A DNA stretch of 64,000 nt from Myxococcota bacterium (GCA_963674735.2 CAXXQS010000002.1:832001-896000), one strand, 5' to 3'; counted from the stretch's first letter, positions 37,746-46,981 are shown. Translations and numbers: made by a program. Notes: a model not told the origin generated them from the letters alone.

Positions 37746-37820
37746 GGTTAGAGTAGGTCTCTGACCTGTTCTTGAACGATGATGCAAAGCCTGGAGCCCG
37801 TCGAAGACGCGCTCCAACAC
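37746..37820 (+). repeat. REP doublet
   Basis: GGTTAGAGTAGGTCTCTGACCTG...TGGAGCCCGTCGAAGACGCGCTCCAAC, homologous to the reverse complement of 12956-13017. Confidence 0.8.
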
Positions 37821-37866
37821 GGAGTAACCCTGGATATAATTGCCGGATTGATAGCGCCCATCCACC

Positions 37867-37898
37867 AAAAGAAAGCCCCGACCGACCGGCCGGGGCAT
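37867..37898 (-). terminator. Intrinsic terminator after the esterase gene
   Basis: GCCCCG...CGGGGC stem with AAAAGAAA on the left. Confidence 0.65.
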
Positions 37899-37921
37899 AT
37901 GATCGCAGCGAATTCGGACGC

Positions 37922-39136
37922 CTATTGCGCGCCCTGGTAGTTGCAGTAGTTCGGATAACCGGCCGGAATCCCTTGCGCATAGGGCGAGGTGCCCACTCCC
38001 TTGGGATGATCCTTGAAGAAATCCACCGCCATATCCAGAAGCGCGGTCGAATAGGTGTGCCCCTGGCCGTGGTTGCAGCTCAACACATCGTGGCCCAGCC
38101 CGTTGAGATAGGTGATGCTTTTCTGGGCGTGCTCCCAGAACAGAATGTTGGAAATGTAAAGCGAGTAGGTATCGGATTCCCCGCCCCAGGCAACCAGAGC
38201 CGGGAAGTTATTGGTATTGTTGTTCGGGTAGGCCGACCAGTTCGAGCAGATTCCCAGCACGCATTCCTGCTGCGTGCCGTCGCTGAAATAGGCGCCCGAC
38301 AACGAGGCGATGGAGGCCATTTTGTCGGCGTAGGCGATGGAGACGAGGTCCGTCATGATGGCGCCGGCCGAGAAACCGACCGCGTGGACCCGGTTGTCGT
38401 CGATGTCGTAAACTTCGCCCAGGCAGGTCAGCAGATCGCCGAACAGGCTGACATCGACATTGGCTCCGGGATTGGCGGCATCGTAAACCAGGCAATCCCA
38501 ATCGAAAGCCGTGGATCCCGGCGGCATCAAGCCCAACGAGCCCGGCACCACGCCGATGAAGGGGAAGTCCGCGCGGTTGGCCCAGCTACCGATCGGAGCG
38601 ACGCCCGTGAAGTTGGAAATGGAATCTCCCGAGCCATAGAAGAAAAAGACCACCGGCCACGGCCCATCTTCCGTTTCCATGGCGTCGGGTAGATAAACCT
38701 TGAATGCGCGGTTGCGACCGGCCGATTGGAAGTTGGAATTCAAGCCCTCGGCCACTTCGTAGTTGAAACTCGGACAGACGTTGCCGACCGGGTCGTCCCC
38801 GTCGGGGTCGTCGCCATCGGGATCGTCGCCGTCGGGGTCGTCGCCATCGGGGTCATCGCCATCCGGGTCGTCGCCATCCGGGTCGTCGCCATCGGGCAAA
38901 ATTCCGTCACCATCGGATTGAGCCATGCAACCCCCCACGGTTTCATCGTAATAAAAACCGTTCGGGCACAGGGGCGTATCGTCCCCATCGGGATCGTCGC
39001 CGTCATCGCCGTCCGGGTCGTCCCCGTCGAACTGCGGCTCGTCGCCATCCGCGGTATCGTTATCGTCGCTCCCGCAGGCCACCATCGTTCCCATCGCCAA
39101 CACCACCAGAATCCACAACGTCCAACGCGCGTGCAT
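37922..39136 (-). CDS. Lipoprotein alpha/beta-hydrolase (PHB depolymerase/LpqC-like esterase) with DGDDP repeats
   Basis: Lipobox MVAC; R...VYLP, PVVFFFYG, GFSAG nucleophile elbow, GGESD and GH. Start set at MHARW. Confidence 0.85.
   Translation of the reverse strand: MHARWTLWILVVLAMGTMVACGSDDNDTADGDEPQFDGDDPDGDDGDDPDGDDTPLCPNGFYYDETVGGCMAQSDGDGILPDGDDPDGDDPDGDDPDGDDPDGDDPDGDDPDGDDPVGNVCPSFNYEVAEGLNSNFQSAGRNRAFKVYLPDAMETEDGPWPVVFFFYGSGDSISNFTGVAPIGSWANRADFPFIGVVPGSLGLMPPGSTAFDWDCLVYDAANPGANVDVSLFGDLLTCLGEVYDIDDNRVHAVGFSAGAIMTDLVSIAYADKMASIASLSGAYFSDGTQQECVLGICSNWSAYPNNNTNNFPALVAWGGESDTYSLYISNILFWEHAQKSITYLNGLGHDVLSCNHGQGHTYSTALLDMAVDFFKDHPKGVGTSPYAQGIPAGYPNYCNYQGAQ
38789..38896 (-). repeat. 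Coding 15 bp tandem repeat, 7 copies, encoding DGDDP
   Basis: Seven units that differ only at synonymous positions. Confidence 0.95.
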
Positions 39137-39290
39137 CTTCGCTCCTTCTTGTTCGAATCGCTCCACCCTCCCCAAGCCAGAGGACAAGTGTAATGGTTTC
39201 CAAGCTCGGAATCAAGGGCAAGTTGTGATGTTTCAAAAGTGAGAAACGATTCCAACCCGCCTGCAAGGCCGAGAACCCGCCCACAAAGCC

Positions 39291-39491
39291 TGGAGCCCGT
39301 CGGAGACGCGTCCAACACCGGCCGGATACAATCCTGCTCGATCCTCAGGGATCGATGATGGGTGGCACGGGCACAGCCCGTCAGGTTTGCCCGTGAAAAC
39401 AGCATGGGCAAGCCAAAGGCTTGGCCCATGGCACCCCGTAAACCGAATTGTATTGGGTGGAAAACGGTGAAAAGCTTAGAATTGAAACGCC
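39291..39491 (+). repeat. GGAGCCCGTC unit plus copy 3 of the 130 bp REPIN/MITE-like element
   Basis: 39291-39318 matches 24063-24088; 39355-39491 matches copies 1 and 2. Confidence 0.9.
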
Positions 39492-39507
39492 GTGCCGGGG
39501 GGTGTGA

Positions 39508-39933
39508 TTACTTGATGTTCTCGACGTAGCGGGCGCGCTTATCGACTTTCTGCGTATACCCGCGCAGGACACGCTGGCCGGTCGCCAGCTTTTTGGCCTG
39601 TGATTTGTTCTGATCGCGCAAAACCGCCATTTTTCCGCTCAGCCCCACTTCCAATGCGGCGGAGCGGTCGATCAGTTCTTGAATCCGCAGGCGCAACTGC
39701 CGAACGGCATCCTCGGGTTCCATATCAAGGGCGACGGTAAGGCGCTTGGAGAATTTCTTTTCGAAGTGATCCACACGCTGGATGGTTTTCTGCCGCAGCT
39801 CCATCAGCTTGCCGAGCAACTCGACCTCGCCGCTGTCGGCCGCCAGGACGACTTGTTCGGTCAGAACGGCGTAGGCCTCGAAAAAATGGACCAGCTGCGT
39901 ATAGATCTCTTCACGGGTAGCATCATTGTTCAT
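39508..39933 (-). CDS. fliT: FliT-like flagellar chaperone
   Basis: Helical 141 aa protein overlapping the fliS stop; L..L...R...I..VD and a terminal GY motif. Confidence 0.6.
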   Translation of the reverse strand: MNNDATREEIYTQLVHFFEAYAVLTEQVVLAADSGEVELLGKLMELRQKTIQRVDHFEKKFSKRLTVALDMEPEDAVRQLRLRIQELIDRSAALEVGLSGKMAVLRDQNKSQAKKLATGQRVLRGYTQKVDKRARYVENIK

Positions 39934-40364
39934 GACCGACTCTCGAATGAAGGTTTATCCGTTACGTCCGCCGTTTTGTTGATCCCCGCTGCCGCATTGC
40001 GTTTGGCCAGTTCGGTCCAGCCCTCGTTGATGGTTTCCAGGTGTTTGATCGTTTCCTGAAGAATCGTGATATCGAGGCTCACGTTGGCTTCGATTACGCG
40101 CTTGATCATGTAGGTGTAAAGGGCGTGCAGTTTTTCCGAAACTTCACCGCCTTTTTCGTGGTCCAGGCAGCTCATCAGTTCGAACAGGATTTCCTGGGCG
40201 CGCATCAATTCCTTGCCCTTGTTTTCGAAATCCTTTTTCTCGATGTAGCCGATGGCCCGTTTCAAAGCCAGGATCGTCCCTTCGTACAGCATCACCACCA
40301 GCCTCACCGGGTCGGTGGTGTTGACCTGCATCTGCTTATACCGGTTGTAAGGGTTGGCGACCAT
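39930..40364 (-). CDS. fliS: Flagellin chaperone FliS
   Basis: YK...V.T..P..LV.MLYEG, L...LD.EKGGE...L..LY.YM and EGW motifs. Confidence 0.96.
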   Translation of the reverse strand: MVANPYNRYKQMQVNTTDPVRLVVMLYEGTILALKRAIGYIEKKDFENKGKELMRAQEILFELMSCLDHEKGGEVSEKLHALYTYMIKRVIEANVSLDITILQETIKHLETINEGWTELAKRNAAAGINKTADVTDKPSFESRS

Positions 40365-40383
40365 GTCATTCTCCCTTGAGGGC

Positions 40384-43300
40384 TTACATACTGCCAAGCT
40401 GGGCCGAGAGCCAGCTTTGCTGATTTTGCAATTGGCCAAGCATTTTTTCCATGGCAATGAATTGCGTGATCATCATTTCGCGTTTGAGATCGAGACGGGC
40501 ATCCATCCGTTCGATATTGTCGTTCAGGCTGGAAATCGAATCTTCGAAGCCGTCGTTTTTCGCATCGATATACCCGGTGTAGGGATCGGTGTAGGCCGCC
40601 AGCAAACGTTCCATCTCACCGGCGAAACCCAAACGGAACGTCATGGACCCGACCGCACCGGTCGTCGTCCCGGAATACTTGAGCGTCAAGCCGTCCACGC
40701 CCGCCGAGCCCTCGTCGCCGCTGAGCAACTGGCCCTTGCCGGTTGCGGCCTGCCCGTTGATCGTGCCCGCCACATCCGTACCCAAGAGTTCCTGGTCGGC
40801 AAAGCCCAGATGGTTGCTGCTTTGCGCCACCGAAAAACCGTAGGAATCGCCGTAGTTGGCATGCGTCAGAGTCAGATTTCCCGAGCCGTCGACGCTGGCA
40901 CTGACCCCGATGGCATGGCGGCCGGAAATGGTTTCATCCACCGTATCGAAACTCAAGCTGCCATCGCCGCTGTAACCCAGTGAAATGGAGAGCTGCGACG
41001 TTCCGCCCTGCTTGTCGGTCAGCACGATGCTGCCGTTGGAATCGATGGTGGCGCTGACCTTGCTATCGTACGCCTCTTCAATGGCATCCAACAGGCCGCC
41101 CATCGTATCGGTGGTCACATCTTCGATGATGAACGAGCCCGAAATGGCGCGACCGGAGCGGCTGGTGCCGGAAAACGTAATCGAGTCACCGTTGGACAGA
41201 TCGTTGTTGTCCCCGCCGGTATCGATGCTGTCCAGAGTCGTCAGCGCGGAAATAAAGGCCGGTCCGCCGGAAGCGGTGGTGGTCTGATGGCCGCTGGCCT
41301 CGGTCAGAACCTGGGTGTAAACCCGATTCAACTCCGAATTGATGGCGGCGGCGACCGCATCGCTGTCCATCCCGGCCGTCAGGGCGATGGAGGCGACCTG
41401 TCCGGTCAACTTATCGGTAATCGTCAGGGTTTCATCCCCATCGAGACCATCCACATCGTCGAGATTGGCGCTGCCGGTTACACTCGCCTGCTGGGCCGCC
41501 TGGGTGATATTGACGGAGTAAACCCCCGCATCGGAGTTATCGCCGTAATCGACGTAACTGAGCGTTCCGGTCGATCCCCAGCCGCGAGCGGCGAACAAAG
41601 CCACCACATTGTCGAACTGCGTATTGAGCGCCGAACTGAAGGTTGAACTGTCGAAGGTCATCTGACCTTTGTCGGTCAGTTCCAGTCCGATGGATTTCAA
41701 GGTGTTGAGCGACGACGACGCGCCGTCGACCGTATCGGTGACCAGATTCATCACGCCTTGCCGGATACTGCTCAAGGTGGAATCGCCGAACAACGGTCCC
41801 CCGGGTTTCTGGGTTTCGCTGTTGTAGGTCATTTGCGTGTTGATCCAGTCGATCACCGTGTTGTACGCGCCGGAGAAACCGTTGACCAGGCTGCCCAGGG
41901 TATCGCCGTCGCGCTGCACATCGATGGTCACGGTGGTGCCGCTGTCGGCCTTGAGCAGGTTGAGCGTCACGCCGCTGACGACATCGGTAATCGTATTGGA
42001 TTCACTGGTCACGGTCAGGCCGTCGATGGAGATGCTGGCATCGCGCCCGGCCTGAATCTGCATGGTGCGCCCGGAAGTGGCGACGGTCGTCTCCCCCAAA
42101 TCGAGCGTGCCGCCGCCCTCGTTGTTGGCGGCCAGAGAAACGGTGAGCTGAGACACGCCGCTGACATCGTCGGTTACGGTGATTTTGCCTTCGGCATCGA
42201 CCGACGCGGTGACCCCGCCTCCGTAAAGGGTTTCGATCTGGGTGAGTAAATCACCGATGGTGGATGTCCCGGCGGCGGTAATGGTGAAGCTCCCCGAAAC
42301 CGCATTGCCGTCGTGATCGGTTCCCACAATCGAAATGGTGTCGCCGTCGGCGACATTGCCGGCATCGGAACCGGTATTGATCTGAGCGAAGGTGGTGGCG
42401 GCCGTAATCACCCCGCCACCGGCCGCGCTGGTTTGACTAAGCGCCCCGGTCTGCTGAACTTCGGCCACCGTTCCGTGGGTGCCCGTCAGCAATCCTAAAA
42501 CCTGTAAAACATTATTGTCGTCTGAAAAGCTGGTTCCGATCAATTTAAGACGATAAACCGTGGTGCCTTCATCGTCTTCTTCACTCACGATGCTGGCGAC
42601 GTTCTGGCCCGCCTGGGTGTTGATGCTATCGCGGATCTGCGTCAACGACTGGCTCAGGTCCAGCGTGAGATTGCTGTGGGCGCCGATCTGCACGGTGGTG
42701 CCGGACAAGGCGCCGTCGAGCCCTAAAAGTGCGCTCACCGAGGAGTCCGCACTGGTGAAGGTGGCCGACAACGCACCCGACACGGTCGAATTGGCGACTT
42801 CCGTTCCGGAATCGATAAAGCCCAACGATTGCAGCACATTCGTAGCGGAAGCATCGCGAATGTCGATTCCTTCCGTGCCCGATTGCCCGGAAGTCAGAAC
42901 GATGCGATAGTTGTCCTGTCCGGCCGTCAGAATCGAGGCGCTGACCTGGCTGGGAGCATCGCCCGAGTTGGCCTGGTTGATTTTCGAAACCAGATCGTTC
43001 AGGCTGTCGGTTGTTTCAACTTCGACACGCTGGCCACCCAGGATAAATTCGCCGGATAGACCGAGCGCGTCACTGGTGCTTGAAAAGTTGGTGGAACTGA
43101 GTTTTTCATTGGCGGCGGTTTGATTGACGATGATATCGAATGTGCCGACGCTGGCATCGTCGTCGACGGAAACAGATAGAATATCCGCAGCATCCGTGCT
43201 TGAGTTGGAGGCCAGAGAGGCGATAAAGAGATTGAAATTATCCGGGTCGGTTAACTTGGCAATGGCCGATTCAAGCTGGCTGAGGTTGGTATTCAACGAC

Positions 43301-43449
43301 TGCCAGGCCGCCTTCTTCTCTTCGAAAGCGGCGACTTTGTTCTCTTGCAGTACGACCGAGTTGCGGTCGACGGCGATCAACTGATCGATCATCGTCGCCC
43401 AATCGATCCCCGAAGAGAGTCCGGAAACCATTTGTGTCGAGCCAGCCAT
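40384..43449 (-). CDS. fliD: Flagellar filament cap protein FliD (very long)
   Basis: SGLSSGID...IDQL N-terminus; DA...IDG.....SN..TD...GVTL.L, G.L.GD and QF..ME...L..Q C-terminus. Confidence 0.93.
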   Translation of the reverse strand: MAGSTQMVSGLSSGIDWATMIDQLIAVDRNSVVLQENKVAAFEEKKAAWQSLNTNLSQLESAIAKLTDPDNFNLFIASLASNSSTDAADILSVSVDDDASVGTFDIIVNQTAANEKLSSTNFSSTSDALGLSGEFILGGQRVEVETTDSLNDLVSKINQANSGDAPSQVSASILTAGQDNYRIVLTSGQSGTEGIDIRDASATNVLQSLGFIDSGTEVANSTVSGALSATFTSADSSVSALLGLDGALSGTTVQIGAHSNLTLDLSQSLTQIRDSINTQAGQNVASIVSEEDDEGTTVYRLKLIGTSFSDDNNVLQVLGLLTGTHGTVAEVQQTGALSQTSAAGGGVITAATTFAQINTGSDAGNVADGDTISIVGTDHDGNAVSGSFTITAAGTSTIGDLLTQIETLYGGGVTASVDAEGKITVTDDVSGVSQLTVSLAANNEGGGTLDLGETTVATSGRTMQIQAGRDASISIDGLTVTSESNTITDVVSGVTLNLLKADSGTTVTIDVQRDGDTLGSLVNGFSGAYNTVIDWINTQMTYNSETQKPGGPLFGDSTLSSIRQGVMNLVTDTVDGASSSLNTLKSIGLELTDKGQMTFDSSTFSSALNTQFDNVVALFAARGWGSTGTLSYVDYGDNSDAGVYSVNITQAAQQASVTGSANLDDVDGLDGDETLTITDKLTGQVASIALTAGMDSDAVAAAINSELNRVYTQVLTEASGHQTTTASGGPAFISALTTLDSIDTGGDNNDLSNGDSITFSGTSRSGRAISGSFIIEDVTTDTMGGLLDAIEEAYDSKVSATIDSNGSIVLTDKQGGTSQLSISLGYSGDGSLSFDTVDETISGRHAIGVSASVDGSGNLTLTHANYGDSYGFSVAQSSNHLGFADQELLGTDVAGTINGQAATGKGQLLSGDEGSAGVDGLTLKYSGTTTGAVGSMTFRLGFAGEMERLLAAYTDPYTGYIDAKNDGFEDSISSLNDNIERMDARLDLKREMMITQFIAMEKMLGQLQNQQSWLSAQLGSM

Positions 43450-43518
43450 TGCAGTTTCCTCCCGGATGGTAACCCGGTTGTCCATTCCGTGATGACAACG
43501 ATCCGAACGACAACCTAT

Positions 43519-43944
43519 CTACTGCTTGTGGTCTACCAACACGCCGAGGATTTTGTCCTCTTGGTAAAGAAGCGAATCCGCCATATCTTTCAGGCGAGCG
43601 GCTAATTCGAGGAGTTCATCAGGGGGGAATTGGCGAATCACTTCACCCGTCTGGTCTTGTACCAACCGGAAAAAGACCCGGCCGGAACCTTCGTGAATGG
43701 AAAATTGCGCCGACATATCGATGCTGCTGAGAAACTCGTTGATCTGCTCCATCTGAGATTTGAGTTCCTCGCGGCTCTGGACCTGTCGATCGGCCTTCTG
43801 GTTGCGCTGCACCTGAGCCGTTTCAACCGCTTTTTGCTTTTCTTTCGCATCCCGACCCATCGGCTCGATCTGTTTCGCCGGCTCGATAGGCTTGGAATTG
43901 CGGCTATTCGGCTCGCTTGTTACGACTTTCGAAATTTCCATCAT
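43519..43944 (-). CDS. flaG: FlaG family protein
   Basis: F.IHE.SGR.....TGEVIRQFPP.E.L and GVLVD motifs. Confidence 0.92.
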   Translation of the reverse strand: MMEISKVVTSEPNSRNSKPIEPAKQIEPMGRDAKEKQKAVETAQVQRNQKADRQVQSREELKSQMEQINEFLSSIDMSAQFSIHEGSGRVFFRLVQDQTGEVIRQFPPDELLELAARLKDMADSLLYQEDKILGVLVDHKQ

Positions 43945-44007
43945 GGTCTCACCCGCTCATAAAACGGTTATACCCGGGATACATCCCGAGTCACCATTTC
44001 ACCAAAA

Positions 44008-44034
44008 TGACGGGGCGGCACCCGCCGCCCCGCC
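44008..44034 (-). terminator. Hairpin after flagellin 1 (partial terminator or processing stem)
   Basis: CGGGGCGGC-accc-GCCGCCCCG stem with a short U tract on the minus strand. Confidence 0.55.
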
Positions 44035-44042
44035 AACGGTGG

Positions 44043-45215
44043 TTACCTCAAGAGACTCAGGACAGTCTGCTGACTGGCATTCGCCTGGGCCAACATGGAT
44101 GTGCTGGACTGCACCAAGATCTGGTTCTTGGTGAAGGTGCTCATCTCAGCCGCCATATCGACGTCGCGAATGATCGACTCGGAGGCGGTTTTGTTTTCGA
44201 TCATAACCGCCAGGTTGGACTGGGCGTAGCTCAGTCGGTTGATCAACGCACCCGCATCGGAACGGCGCTCGGCCAAGTAGCCGATGGCCACATCGATGTC
44301 ATTCAGAGCCGCCTGAGCGCCACTGGTGGTGCTCAAATCGATCGACAGCGCCGAACCGTTGTTCAGGCTGTTCATGTTGACACCCTGCAGGGTGAATCCG
44401 AGCTGGCTGTTGCCGTCGTTTTTGTTACCGATCTGGAAGTTCGCGTTGCCCAGATCGTACTTCGTGTCGAAGCGCGAACCGGTGCTTTCGCTGCCCGCCG
44501 TGTAGTCAGCCACGTCGAAATCGGCATTGACCGTAACCTTCACGCCCAGGGACGAGAAGTCCAACACAACGTCGGTGTTGATATCGCTGTTGGCTTTCGC
44601 CGCCGTGATATCCACGCGCTGGGTCAGGGTGGTGGCGCCGCCGACATACTCCGACATGTCCATGTAGTTGGCCGAGTCAGAGATCGCGCTCACGTAGTAG
44701 ACCGCATCGTTCTTGGCGTTGGCCACGTCGACTTTTTCAACACCGTTGGCATTGGTGAAGCCGTTGGTCGAGGTCGACAGATCCACCGCACCGTAGGTGC
44801 CGTCGAGCAGGGTCGAACCGTTGTACTCGGTAAACCCGACGATCCGGTTGATTTCCGTGGTCAGCGCCGAGGCTTCAGCGTTGATCTTGGAAAGATCGCT
44901 TCCGGCATTACCCGAGGCGGCCTGAGTGCTCAATTCTTTGACGCGGTTCAGGATGACCTCGATTTCGCCCATCGCACCTTCAGCAACCTGCAATAGCGAG
45001 GTGGCTTCCGACGCGTTACGGCTACCGACTTTAAGAGAAGAAACTTCCGCGCGGAACCGCATCGAAGACGCCATACCGGCGGCATCGTCAGCGGCGCTGT
45101 TGATCCGGTAACCGGACGACAAGCGTTCCAAGGCCTTGTTCATGCTCTGCTCATTCGAGTTGAGATGACGCAGAGAAGTCATAGCGGCAATATTATTCTG
45201 GATTCTGAAGCCCAT
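44043..45215 (-). CDS. fliC: Flagellin 1
   Basis: LERLSSGYRINSAADDAAG, IRDVDMAAEM and MLAQAN motifs. Confidence 0.98.
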   Translation of the reverse strand: MGFRIQNNIAAMTSLRHLNSNEQSMNKALERLSSGYRINSAADDAAGMASSMRFRAEVSSLKVGSRNASEATSLLQVAEGAMGEIEVILNRVKELSTQAASGNAGSDLSKINAEASALTTEINRIVGFTEYNGSTLLDGTYGAVDLSTSTNGFTNANGVEKVDVANAKNDAVYYVSAISDSANYMDMSEYVGGATTLTQRVDITAAKANSDINTDVVLDFSSLGVKVTVNADFDVADYTAGSESTGSRFDTKYDLGNANFQIGNKNDGNSQLGFTLQGVNMNSLNNGSALSIDLSTTSGAQAALNDIDVAIGYLAERRSDAGALINRLSYAQSNLAVMIENKTASESIIRDVDMAAEMSTFTKNQILVQSSTSMLAQANASQQTVLSLLR

Positions 45216-45258
45216 AACTATCCTCCTTGATAGTGTCTGTGGATGGCGTCCTTGCCAT
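45216..45258 (-). promoter_or_regulatory. CsrA-binding sites in the flagellin 1 leader
   Basis: The transcript reads AUGGC-AAGGAC-GCCAU (GGA in a hairpin loop), then CAAGGAGGA at the RBS, as in the B. subtilis hag leader. Confidence 0.7.
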
Positions 45259-45427
45259 TTTCTGAAGTCTGTTCCGACTTAAGGCGGTCGGCTCCCGATG
45301 ATTTAGGGTATCACCGAAACCCTGCATTCAGTCCCAGGCCACCTCCTTTCCGCGCACGTGGCGAGTCTGAACTGTTGCGATCCAAGGTTTTCAAAGCTCT
45401 TTAGCATTTCTGCCCTTCTAAAACCAG

Positions 45428-45454
45428 AAATCGGACGTTCAGCGGAGATGTTTA
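45428..45454 (-). promoter_or_regulatory. Sigma-28 promoter for flagellin 1
   Basis: TAAA-N15-TCCGATTT on the minus strand. Confidence 0.75.
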
Positions 45455-45576
45455 CTTTTTTTTTTGCCGCTATGCATATTCCCCCATTTTTCACAAGCAT
45501 AGGTTTTCGTTCAGATTGTCAAAGATCGAAAGTATCACCTGTGATATCAACAGATTACACAGGTTCTCCACTTCAT

Positions 45577-45617
45577 AAGCCCCCCGGATCGCGCTATCGC
45601 GGCGGGGGGCTTTTTTT
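45577..45617. terminator. Terminator after flagellin 2
   Basis: AAGCCCCCC...GGGGGGCTT stem; the long T tract is on the plus side. Confidence 0.65.
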
Positions 45618-45681
45618 CAAGGATCGAGGTCGAACGCCTCCTGGCCAAGGGGCCAATAGGCAAGGCGCAAGACCGCAAATG

Positions 45682-46842
45682 CTACTTCAGGAGCTGCAGC
45701 AGCGACTGCGGCACCTGGTTGGCCTGCGCCAGCATGGAAATACTGGATTGCATCAAAATCTGGTACTTGGTGAATTCGCTCATCTCACCGGCCATGTCCA
45801 CATCACGAATGATGGATTCGGTGGCGGTTTTATTCTCGATGGAAACCGCCAGGTTGGAGCTGGTATAGCTCAGGCGGTTGAGCAGAGCGCCGACATCGGC
45901 ACGAGCCAGGGCCAAGGTGCTGATGGAGGTTTCGATCGTCTCGAGCGCGTTCTGTGCAGAGAGCGTCGAGCTCAGGTCGATATCGGCCGACGATCCACCC
46001 GCCAGCGACGCCAGGGAGAGATCGGGCAAGGCGAAGCCGATGCGGTTGAAGCCGTCATTGACATCGCCAAGCTGGAAGGTGGCCAATCCGAGAGAGCCGG
46101 TATAGAGGCGCGATGCGGTGGCCGCCGTCCCTTCCACGAAGTTGGTTTCATTCGATTCGAAGGCGCTATTCACCGTGATCTTAACACCCAACTGGCTGAA
46201 ATCCATAACGAAGTTCTCGTTCGGTTCCATACCCATGGCGAGGGAATAATCGATCATCTGGGAGGTGGTGCCATCCGAGAGAGTCATGGTATTGGCCGAA
46301 TACGAAATGGCGGAAACAAAGTAGGTACTGTTTCCTTCAGCAGTCGTGACATCGATATGTTCCACACCGTTGCCCGGACCGAAATCGACCGGCGCCGTGC
46401 TGGAGAGCACCGTGGTGCCGAAGCTGCCATCGATCAAGGTATGACCATCATATTGTGTAAAGCCGACGATACGCGAGATTTCAGACTCGAGCGCCGTCGC
46501 TTCCGCATCGATCTTTTCGAGATCCGCGCCCGAGTTACCCGAAGAGGCCTGGGTCGCCAATTCCTTCAAACGAACCAGAATCAGCTCGACCTGACTCATC
46601 GCGCCTTCCGCCACCTGCAACAGCGAGGAAGCCTGCGCGGCATTACGCGACGCCACCTTCAGTGACGAAATCTCCGCGCGGAAACGCATCGATGACGCCA
46701 GCCCGGCCGCATCGTCAGCACCCGAGTTGATCCGGTAGCCCGAGGAGAGCTTCTCCAGCGACTTGCGCATCATCTCCTCGTTCTTGGTCAAGTTCCGATT
46801 GGCCACATAGGCCGACATGTTGTTCTGAATTCTGAAACCCAT
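45682..46842 (-). CDS. fliC: Flagellin 2
   Basis: LEKLSSGYRINSGADDAAG, IRDVDMAGEM and MLAQAN; paralog of 44043-45215. Confidence 0.97.
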   Translation of the reverse strand: MGFRIQNNMSAYVANRNLTKNEEMMRKSLEKLSSGYRINSGADDAAGLASSMRFRAEISSLKVASRNAAQASSLLQVAEGAMSQVELILVRLKELATQASSGNSGADLEKIDAEATALESEISRIVGFTQYDGHTLIDGSFGTTVLSSTAPVDFGPGNGVEHIDVTTAEGNSTYFVSAISYSANTMTLSDGTTSQMIDYSLAMGMEPNENFVMDFSQLGVKITVNSAFESNETNFVEGTAATASRLYTGSLGLATFQLGDVNDGFNRIGFALPDLSLASLAGGSSADIDLSSTLSAQNALETIETSISTLALARADVGALLNRLSYTSSNLAVSIENKTATESIIRDVDMAGEMSEFTKYQILMQSSISMLAQANQVPQSLLQLLK

Positions 46843-46954
46843 CTCATCCTCCTTGACGTTTTCCGAAAGCGGCCGTCCCCGCCTTTGGAACTACTCCGTC
46901 TAATTATCAATTCATCAAACAGTCACTAACCACTACCTGTGGCCTCTACACATT

Positions 46955-46981
46955 AATTCGGTATCCAGCCTTGAAACTTTA
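46955..46981 (-). promoter_or_regulatory. Sigma-28 promoter for flagellin 2
   Basis: TAAA-N15-ACCGAATT on the minus strand; the leader also has a GGA-loop hairpin and CAAGGAGGA. Confidence 0.7.

Noticed and set aside
38789-38896. 15 bp tandem repeat considered as a CRISPR array or contingency locus
   Set aside because: No spacers; in-frame coding repeat with only synonymous differences; no cas genes in the window.
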